Source: an uncultured Gammaproteobacteria bacterium (GTDB lineage Bacteria > Pseudomonadota > Gammaproteobacteria > QNFE01 > CAZPSE01). Taken from it: DNA of 64,000 nt. Below are positions 1-6,735 of this stretch, piece by piece. The translations under genes were made by a program, and so were the position numbers. Position 1 is the first letter of the stretch. Every line of letters begins with the position of its first letter. Under the pieces are notes generated by a model. That model had not been told where the DNA came from, searched no databases, and saw only the letters and a program-made list of their open reading frames with translations. The stretch lies in the NCBI GenBank assembly GCA_964589575.1, contig CAZPSE010000004.1, positions 4,075-68,074 on the forward strand. The letters run 5' to 3'.

Positions 1-131
1 GTGCCAAATTAAAAATTATCCAAAATAAACTAAAAAAAGACCTTTAAAAATTATTACTAGTAAACAGTGTGGTTTTTCATTAAAATGACCGTTCAAATTA
101 TCAGGCATTACAAAAACCGAAGGGGTTTATT

Positions 132-437
132 ATGAAAAAAGTATTATTAACCGTAGTTTCTGCAGTATCTTTTATGGCTGCCGGTTCTGTATTTGCTGCA
201 GACGCAGCAGCTGGTAAAGCGGCCTATGCTGCTAAAGGCTGTATTGGTTGTCACGGTGCTGGTGGTAACAGTGCTGTTCCTAATTACCCTAAATTAGCAG
301 GCCAGCATGCAGCGTATACTGCTGCACAGTTAAAAGCCTATAAGTCTGGTAAGCGTAATGACCCTACAATGGCAGCCATGGTTGCCGCTTTGTCAGATGC
401 GGATATTGCAAACATAGCTGCATATTTAGCTAAGTAA
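132..437 (+). CDS. Class I monoheme cytochrome c (c553/c554-like), secreted
   Basis: Signal peptide, CIGCH heme motif, distal Met in PTMAAM. Confidence 0.9.
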   Translation: MKKVLLTVVSAVSFMAAGSVFAADAAAGKAAYAAKGCIGCHGAGGNSAVPNYPKLAGQHAAYTAAQLKAYKSGKRNDPTMAAMVAALSDADIANIAAYLAK

Positions 438-472
438 GTTTAGGTTTATTTATGCAATTTATTGCGTAAATC

Positions 473-513
473 AAAAAAGCCGCATCTTTGCAAAAAGAAT
501 GCGGTTTTTTTTT
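473..513 (+). terminator. Rho-independent terminator after cytochrome c
   Basis: AAAAAAGCCGCAT...ATGCGGTTTTTTTTT stem with T tract. Confidence 0.7.
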
Positions 514-569
514 GCCAACGCTAAAACGCTAATCCTTATATAGAAAATATAAAAATGGCACAATCCTTT

Positions 570-834
570 AAGGAAGATTTGATTAACTGGATAAAGCATG
601 GTTAAAAGTTTAGCCTCGGTCACTATATAAGCACAGGTATTATATTAATAGCGCTAAGCCTTGCTTGTTCACAGCTTTATCGTGAACTAGCAAGGCTTAT
701 CAAGCGGGCTATTGGAGCATTAGCAGATAACGTTATCGCTTGCCGCTTGTAAGCCTCGCTAGTTTTGAAAAAGCACCAAAACGAGCAATGCTTAACGCTA
801 ATAATTTGCAGCTCCAGTTAATCAGACCTTCCTT
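570..834. mobile_element. MITE-like element, copy 1
   Basis: Imperfect 21-bp terminal inverted repeats (570-590 AAGGAAGATTTGATTAACTGG, 814-834 CCAGTTAATCAGACCTTCCTT), internal hairpins, homologous copy near 16543-16706. Confidence 0.65.
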
Positions 835-1028
835 TAATGCACCTAGTAAAACTAAAAACCGTCTCATCACCAATTAAGGTGATCACGACGTTTTTAATTT
901 CCCTATGCACATCAAATGATTACACCCGTTTCATATTTCTATATAAGGGTTAGGGTAAAAGGTAAATTGCAGGAAATTGCAAAATAATGTAAAGTTCCCT
1001 CTTTTAAAAAATCACAAGGTATAGGCAC

Positions 1029-1718
1029 ATGACAAATTTTAGAATTGCCCCATCTATTTTAGCAGCAGATTTTGCAAAACTCGGTCAAGAAGTTGATGAC
1101 GTTTTAGCATCAGGTGCCGATGTTGTTCATTTTGATGTAATGGACAACCATTACGTACCAAACTTAACCATAGGGCCATTAGTTTGCGAAGCCTTAAGAA
1201 AACACGGCGTAACCAAAGATATTGATGTGCACTTAATGGTTAAACCTGTAGATAGAATCATCCCCGATTTTATAGATGCCGGTGCAAGCTTTATTACTTT
1301 TCATCCAGAAGCGTCAGATCACATAGACCGTACTTTATCAATGATTCGTGAAGGCGGTTGTAAGTCTGGCTTAGTATTTAACCCCGCAACGCCTTTAAGC
1401 TATTTAGAACATGTAATGGACAAGGTAGACATAATTTTAATGATGTCTGTAAACCCCGGTTTTGGCGGTCAAAGCTTTATACCAGAAACATTAGTTAAAT
1501 TACGTGCCGCACGCAAATTAATAGACGCAAGCGGATACGACATTAGCCTAGAAATTGATGGTGGCGTAAAAGTAGATAATATTAAAGAAATAGCAGAAGC
1601 AGGGGCAGATATGTTTGTAGCAGGTTCGGCCATATTTAGTGCCAGAAACGAAGCAGATGAAAACCATTACGATACGGTTTTAAAACAGTTCCGCGAGCAA
1701 TTAGCCTTAGTTAAATAA
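1029..1718 (+). CDS. rpe: Ribulose-phosphate 3-epimerase
   Basis: [37 protein letters not shown] motifs. Confidence 0.97.
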   Translation: MTNFRIAPSILAADFAKLGQEVDDVLASGADVVHFDVMDNHYVPNLTIGPLVCEALRKHGVTKDIDVHLMVKPVDRIIPDFIDAGASFITFHPEASDHIDRTLSMIREGGCKSGLVFNPATPLSYLEHVMDKVDIILMMSVNPGFGGQSFIPETLVKLRAARKLIDASGYDISLEIDGGVKVDNIKEIAEAGADMFVAGSAIFSARNEADENHYDTVLKQFREQLALVK

Positions 1719-1721
1719 TTA

Positions 1722-2393
1722 ATGCTTACCAAACCAGAGCTAATTTTAATCGACGTTGATGGAACATTAGTAGACAGTGTTCCCGATTTAGCCTATTGCG
1801 TAGATGAAATGCTAAAGCAATTAGCTATGCCAGTAAGGGGCATAAAAGCGGTAAGAGAATGGGTAGGTAACGGCGTAGAAACATTAACCAAACGTGCTTT
1901 AGTAAACGCGCTAACTGGCGAGCCAGATGCAGCATTATTTGCCAAAGCAATGCCCATATTTGATGCGTTATATGCAGTCAACAATTCTAAACGTAGCAAT
2001 TTATACCCAGGCGTTTTAGAAACATTAAAAGCCTTTAAAGCCGACCCAAGTTACCGCATAGGTTGCGTAACCAATAAAGATGCGCGTTTTACTATACCAA
2101 TACTAAAAGCTTTAGGCATTCATCACTTTTTTGAAATTATTGTTTGTGGCGATACTTTAACAAAAAAAAAGCCAGACCCCATGCCGTTATTACACGTCGC
2201 TAAAAAATTAGGCGTAAAGCCAAAAAATGCACTAATGTTAGGTGACTCTATGAGCGACGTAAAAGCCGCACGCGCAGCCGGTTTTAAAATAGTATGTATG
2301 AGCTATGGCTACAACCACGGCGAAGACATACGCGATTACAACCCAGATGCAGTAATAGACACCATGACCGAGTTCCACGCTCTAGTACAATAA
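1722..2393 (+). CDS. gph: Phosphoglycolate phosphatase (HAD family)
   Basis: DVDGTLVDS, VTNK, KKPDP, GDS motifs; follows rpe. Confidence 0.93.
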   Translation: MLTKPELILIDVDGTLVDSVPDLAYCVDEMLKQLAMPVRGIKAVREWVGNGVETLTKRALVNALTGEPDAALFAKAMPIFDALYAVNNSKRSNLYPGVLETLKAFKADPSYRIGCVTNKDARFTIPILKALGIHHFFEIIVCGDTLTKKKPDPMPLLHVAKKLGVKPKNALMLGDSMSDVKAARAAGFKIVCMSYGYNHGEDIRDYNPDAVIDTMTEFHALVQ

Positions 2394-2406
2394 AACGCAC
2401 ATACCT

Positions 2407-2460
2407 AAACCGTACCGAGCAAGGCTCGTAACGCGTTACGAGCCTTGCTCGGTACGGTTT
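2407..2460. repeat. REPIN-like perfect palindrome 1 (inverted REP doublet)
   Basis: 54-bp perfect palindrome with core GTACCGAGCAAGGCTCGTAAC-GC-GTTACGAGCCTTGCTCGGTAC. Confidence 0.9.
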
Positions 2461-2465
2461 TTAAG

Positions 2466-2493
2466 TTGCAAAACATTAAAAACCTGTTAAAAT
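2466..2493 (+). promoter_or_regulatory. Candidate sigma70 promoter for the DGR cassette
   Basis: TTGCAA (2466-2471), 16-bp spacer, extended -10 TGnTAAAAT (2485-2493). Confidence 0.45.
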
Positions 2494-2523
2494 AATTAAA
2501 AATTTTAGTTAGGCTATCGGTAA

Positions 2524-3951
2524 AATAAACCACAAAACCACAAAACCACAAAACCACAAAACCACAAAACCACAAAACCCCATCAATCCCAAGCTAAGTT
2601 TTTTTTTGCGTTAAGCTTTCTCTTTTTAACCGCGTGCGGCGGTTCTTCCGACTCTACTCCATCATCTACTAATACAGCACCCGTTGCGAATAGCCAAAAC
2701 ATAACAGTAGACGAAGATAACAATAGGGCAATAACCCTAAGCGCAACCGATTCTGATAACAATACCTTAAGCTATACCGTAATCACTCAACCAAGTAATG
2801 GTTCGCTAACAGGTACAGCGCCTAATTTAAGTTATACCCCAAATGCCGATTATAACGGTGCAGACAGTTTTACCTTTAAAGCTAATGATGGTACGGTAGA
2901 TTTTGCAACCGCAACAGTAAATATAAGCATTAACCCAATCGCAGACGTAAACCTAAGCAATGTTAGCCAAAACGAAGGCAGTAGTGGTACAACTACAGTA
3001 ACCTTTACGCTCACTTTAGATGCTTTTGAAAATACCGCCAGTGTTGATTATGCAACCCAAGACAATACCGCAATCGCTGCGAATAATGACTATGTAGCAA
3101 AAGCAGGTACCGTAACCTTTACGGGGGGTATAACCACACAAACCATTAGTATTACGGTTAATGGCGAGGGCACCGTAGAAGACGACGAAACCTTTACTTT
3201 AAACCTAAGCAACCCCAGTAATTTACAACTGGCTAACACCAGCGCCATTGCCACTATTAAAAATGATGATGCGCCAAGGTTAAACGACACAGGCATAACC
3301 TGGGCAGGGGGATACGCTGGTGGTAATAAAACTGGCAATGACTGCACCACAACAACCATTACCGGCAACCAAGACTGTCACCAAGGGCGCGACAGCACCA
3401 ATAATGACGACACCGACGGCATGGCAGGTTTTAGCTTTACCAAGCTAGATAATAATGCAGTAGCCTTAGCAGACCAAAGCCAAACCAACCACGTTTGTGT
3501 AAAAGACAAGATAACAGGGCTAATTTGGGAGGTAAAACAAACCACAGGCACACGCAGTAACACTACTAGATACCGTTGGGGTGGTTTAACGGCTATTGGC
3601 CGTAACCATGCCAGTAAAGAAGGCACATACTATGATGATTGGAATGTACTGATAAATTACGCAAACGATACCGATAATGCCAACACTACAGATAGTGCAT
3701 TATGTGGCTTTACCGACTGGCGTGTGCCAGATAGTGAAGAATTACGATCAATAGCCCATTTAGGTAAAAGCAACCCTGCGATCGATCAAAACTATTTTCC
3801 TAATACCAAAATAAATGATGGGTATTGGAGTTCGTCGCCCATTGCTAACAACTCTCACAATGCCTGGAGACTGAACTTTAACAGAGGCCATGACAGCGGT
3901 AACATTCGTAGCAATTACGATTATATGCGTTTAGTTAGAGGCGGACAGTGA
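2524..3951 (+). CDS. DGR target 1: lipoprotein with Ig-like (Big_9/cadherin-type) domain, Calx-beta domain and C-terminal DUF1566 (CLec-fold) domain; start codon unresolved
   Basis: Frame open from 2524 to stop at 3951, far upstream of the listed ATG 3421. Lipobox LTA-C (Cys 2635-2637), APVANSQ...YTPNADYNGADSFTF, VDYATQDNTA...ETFTLNLSNP, LNDTG, DWRVP..EL, YWSSS...RLVR motifs. No in-frame ATG/GTG/TTG before the lipobox. Confidence 0.85.
   Translation, partial: NKPQNHKTTKPQNHKTTKPHQSQAKFFFALSFLFLTACGGSSDSTPSSTNTAPVANSQNITVDEDNNRAITLSATDSDNNTLSYTVITQPSNGSLTGTAPNLSYTPNADYNGADSFTFKANDGTVDFATATVNISINPIADVNLSNVSQNEGSSGTTTVTFTLTLDAFENTASVDYATQDNTAIAANNDYVAKAGTVTFTGGITTQTISITVNGEGTVEDDETFTLNLSNPSNLQLANTSAIATIKNDDAPRLNDTGITWAGGYAGGNKTGNDCTTTTITGNQDCHQGRDSTNNDDTDGMAGFSFTKLDNNAVALADQSQTNHVCVKDKITGLIWEVKQTTGTRSNTTRYRWGGLTAIGRNHASKEGTYYDDWNVLINYANDTDNANTTDSALCGFTDWRVPDSEELRSIAHLGKSNPAIDQNYFPNTKINDGYWSSSPIANNSHNAWRLNFNRGHDSGNIRSNYDYMRLVRGGQ
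2530..2577 (+). repeat. Simple sequence repeat (CCACAAAA)6
   Basis: Six exact 8-bp units; a T9 tract follows at 2599-2607. Confidence 0.97.
3823..3951 (+). repeat. DGR variable repeat VR1
   Basis: Aligns to TR with 10 mismatches at TR adenines and 2 at non-A positions; has 15 nt absent from TR. Confidence 0.92.
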
Positions 3952-3964
3952 TTTAATTTTTATT

Positions 3965-4332
3965 ATGTCAAATTATCAAAACATTCCTATCTTGCGTGAT
4001 GCACGCCTAATGATGGTTGAAGTAGAACGGACTGTAAAAGACTTTCCTCGTTATCATAAATACACCATGGGCAGTGAATTAAGAAAAAAAGCCATGGATA
4101 TTTATCAGTTTGTTAGCCGTGCCATACAATATAAGCATACCCGTGCAAAATGGGTGCAACATTTAATGCTTGCGATAGATGATTTTAAATGCCAAATACA
4201 AATAGCCAAATAGCCAAAGAGCTGAAAGTATTTAAAAGCTTTAAACAGTTTGAATTATTAGCCAAATACAGCCTTGCTTTAAGCAAACAAAGCAAAAGCT
4301 GGTTGCAAAAAATAGGTGCAACCCATGGCTAG
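3965..4332 (+). pseudogene. avd: DGR accessory variability determinant (Avd-like four-helix bundle), disrupted
   Basis: FPRYHKYTMGSELRK motif; position between VR1 and TR; 8-bp duplication TAGCCAAA (4203-4218) creates TAG at 4211; removing one unit restores a 119-aa ORF ending at 4332. Confidence 0.85.
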
Positions 4333-4358
4333 CCCAGTTGTAACGTCAACAGCCCGTA

Positions 4359-4401
4359 AAAATAGGGTTGTTAAAATAATCTATTTTAACAACCCTATTT
4401 T
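4359..4401. other. Perfect 20-bp hairpin between avd and TR
   Basis: AAAATAGGGTTGTTAAAATA-ATC-TATTTTAACAACCCTATTTT. Confidence 0.85.
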
Positions 4402-4507
4402 GTGTGCTGATTTCACTGTGCTCCCCAAACACCTGCTTGCAGGTAATAGTGAGCAAACCTACTACGTAAAAATTGTGGGTAAGCGTTTAAGTTTTGGGGT
4501 TAAACAT

Positions 4508-4621
4508 CATTGGAGTTCGTCGCCCAATGCTAACAACTCTAACAATGCCTGGAAACTGAACTTTAACAACGGCAATGACAACAATAACAATTATATGCGT
4601 TTAGTTAGAGGCGGAAAGTGA
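4508..4621 (+). repeat. DGR template repeat TR
   Basis: AAC/AAT-rich copy of the VR1/VR2 sequence; differences fall almost only at its adenines; lies between avd and RT. Confidence 0.93.
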
Positions 4622-5253
4622 AGCAGTGTGTTAGCTATAAAAGTTTGTATTGTGCATGGCAAACTTGCCGTAAAGGTAAAAGTGCAGGCACGCAAGCACA
4701 AATGTACGAAGCAAACGTGCTAGAAAACTTACATAACACACAACAGCTAATGGCAACCATGGCAAGCTATTATGGCCATGTGGCTCACGCTAAGTATTAC
4801 CGTCAAACAATGGCTATATTTAAACAATATTATTACTTGTCGTACTTATATCACCCTATCAACATAAAAAATAAGGGTTTAAAACCTTGCATAACCCCCC
4901 TGCAAGTTACAGGGTTTAAGGCGCAATGTTATTATTTTAGCCAAAGTATTAATGGCTATGCAGCACTTACCTTAATACAAAAAGGCTATTTATTGGTAGT
5001 AAGTAGTAATGATGCACAAATAATAAGCCCTATTTTTGTACGGCAAGCTAAAAAAATAACCCAAAAGCAGTTTTCTTACCCATTAAAAAGTTGGGCTTTA
5101 ATAAGGCAGCAGTTACTTAACAATAATTTAAGTTATCAATTTATAACAGAGCAGGGTTATTTAAAAGGCGGGTTAAAAAAACGTGTACTAAAAGAACTCT
5201 TTATAAACAACCATCAAATAAACCCCATATGGAGTGACAATGCCCCAAAGTAA
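4618..5253 (+). pseudogene. DGR reverse transcriptase remnant: N-terminus joined in frame to the C-terminal region, catalytic core absent
   Basis: SLYCAWQTCRKGK...YEANVLENL resembles DGR RT N-termini; SYYGHVAHA resembles their C-terminal motif; no YxDD; only 211 aa. Confidence 0.75.
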
Positions 5254-5761
5254 AACGATAATAATTTTAATGGTACTAAGCAGTGTTTTAAGCAGTACAG
5301 CACAGGCACAAACCATAAAAAACTATATAGATAACCAATGGAAAAACAGCCGTTACACTAACCATAATGACGCTACCGTAACAGACACCAAAACAGGCTT
5401 AATGTGGAAACAATGTGTAGAAGGTTTAACCGGCAATACGTGTGGTACAGGCACTGCAGTTACCACCTACACTTGGAAGGCTGCGCTAGAGTTAGCCAGT
5501 AGTACCACTTTTGCCACTTATAGCGATTGGCGGCTACCTAACATTAAAGAACTGGCAAGCCTAGTAGCGCGCGATCGTTATAGCCCTGCCATTAATAGTA
5601 GCCTTTTCCCTAATACGCCAAGTATCCGTCATTGGAGTTCGTCGCCCGCCGATGCTGGCGGCTCTGACGGTGCCTGGGGACTGAACTTTGAGCGCGGCGT
5701 TGACAGCGGTGACGATCGTATCAATGACTATTGGATGCGTTTAGTTAGAGGCGGACAGTGA
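5240..5761 (+). CDS. DGR target 2: secreted DUF1566 (Lcl C-terminal, CLec-fold) protein
   Basis: GGAG RBS before ATG 5240; signal peptide; VTDTKTGLMWKQC, DWRLPNIKEL, HWSSS...RLVRGG motifs; ends in VR2. Confidence 0.9.
   Translation: MPQSKTIIILMVLSSVLSSTAQAQTIKNYIDNQWKNSRYTNHNDATVTDTKTGLMWKQCVEGLTGNTCGTGTAVTTYTWKAALELASSTTFATYSDWRLPNIKELASLVARDRYSPAINSSLFPNTPSIRHWSSSPADAGGSDGAWGLNFERGVDSGDDRINDYWMRLVRGGQ
5630..5761 (+). repeat. DGR variable repeat VR2
   Basis: Aligns to TR with 22 mismatches at TR adenines, 2 at non-A positions, a 3-nt insertion and the same 15-nt extra segment as VR1. Confidence 0.92.
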
Positions 5762-5776
5762 TTTAATTTTTATTTT

Positions 5777-5830
5777 TACCCCGTACCGAGCAAGGCTCGT
5801 AACGTTACGAGCCTTGCTCGGTACGGGGTA
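5777..5830. repeat. REPIN-like perfect palindrome 2
   Basis: 54-bp perfect palindrome with the same REP core, lacking the central GC. Confidence 0.9.
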
Positions 5831-5847
5831 TTTTGTTATGCTAAAGC

Positions 5848-6513
5848 ATGTCTGTTAGAAAAATCACTTTTGTTAATGATGGCTATTACCATGTTTTTAA
5901 CCGTGGGGTAGATAAACGCGTTGTTTTTACCGATAGAGATGAGTTAAATTTTTTCTTAAACCGATTGAGTGATTTAAATAGCGTGGATACTTCGAACGCT
6001 TTAAAGAGTAAACGCTATAGGTTAAAGGGCGAACTTGCCCTTGCAGATACTGAAAAGTTGGTTAGTATTGTGGCTTATTGTGTTTTGCCTAATCATTTTC
6101 ATTTATTGTTAAAACAAAAAACAGACGATGGCATTAGTAAGTTTATGCAAAGGCTTGGTACGTCTTATGTGCATTTTTTTAATAAAAAACATCAGCGTTT
6201 GGGCAGTTTGTTTCAGGGTAAGTTTAAAGCTACGGCTTTAAATGGCGATTATGCTTTGGCAAAAGTTGCTAGTTACGTTAATTTAAATTTTAAGCATCAT
6301 CGTATTGACCCCAAAAAGAATATAGTTAAGTCGAGCATGGCTGAATATATTGCGCTTAATGTAGAAAACCCTATTTGTGATAGCCAAGAAATTAGCAATA
6401 TTATTGATGAGGTGGGTGGTGTAAGCCAATATAAAGAAATGGCAAAAAGTGCATCTATTGTTTTTGCCAGTAATAAAAGCACAAGTCTTTCTGAAAAAGA
6501 TTTCGAATTTTAA
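5848..6513 (+). CDS. REP-associated tyrosine transposase (RAYT/TnpA-REP, Y1 HUH family)
   Basis: YYHVFNRG, AYCVLPNHFHLLL (HUH), FQGKFK and YVNLN (catalytic Tyr position) motifs; palindromes on both sides. Confidence 0.88.
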   Translation: MSVRKITFVNDGYYHVFNRGVDKRVVFTDRDELNFFLNRLSDLNSVDTSNALKSKRYRLKGELALADTEKLVSIVAYCVLPNHFHLLLKQKTDDGISKFMQRLGTSYVHFFNKKHQRLGSLFQGKFKATALNGDYALAKVASYVNLNFKHHRIDPKKNIVKSSMAEYIALNVENPICDSQEISNIIDEVGGVSQYKEMAKSASIVFASNKSTSLSEKDFEF

Positions 6514-6517
6514 CTGC

Positions 6518-6563
6518 CGTACCGAGCAAGGCTCGTAACGCGTTACGAGCCTTGCTCGGTACG
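6518..6563. repeat. REPIN-like perfect palindrome 3
   Basis: 46-bp perfect palindrome identical to the core of palindrome 1, 4 bp after the RAYT stop. Confidence 0.9.
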
Positions 6564-6735
6564 AGGTTTTTGTGGTTAATAGCCTTTTTTGTGGCTATAA
6601 TCCGTTTCATTATTTTATTGGTTTTTTTTATGGTTTTTCTTTTTCAATTTTGGCGATGGCAATTTTAGAAAGCTCGTGTTTGCTAACACGCAAAATTGTT
6701 ACGTTTATTAAAAAGATTGGTTGAGAAATATCATT

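Larger units (their letters stand above)
2407..6563 (+). mobile_element. Composite accessory cassette: REPIN - DGR (target1, avd, TR, RT, target2) - REPIN - RAYT - REPIN
   Basis: Bounded by near-identical perfect palindromes; interrupts the rpe-gph-trpE order seen in many gammaproteobacteria. Confidence 0.75.

Noticed and set aside
3421-3951. Stand-alone 176-aa gene as given in the ORF track
   Set aside because: The frame is open about 900 bp further upstream, with a lipobox and recognisable domains, so ATG 3421 is internal
4316-4621. 101-aa ORF across the avd-TR spacer and TR
   Set aside because: The Asn-rich reading is a by-product of TR mirroring VR codons; it overlaps the repaired avd end and crosses strong hairpins
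4618-5253. Group II intron or retron RT
   Set aside because: The avd, TR and adenine-specific VR context identifies a DGR; no intron domain V or msr/msd structure was seen
2407-6563. CRISPR array interpretation of the palindromes or the TR/VR repeats
   Set aside because: No regular repeat-spacer periodicity and no cas genes
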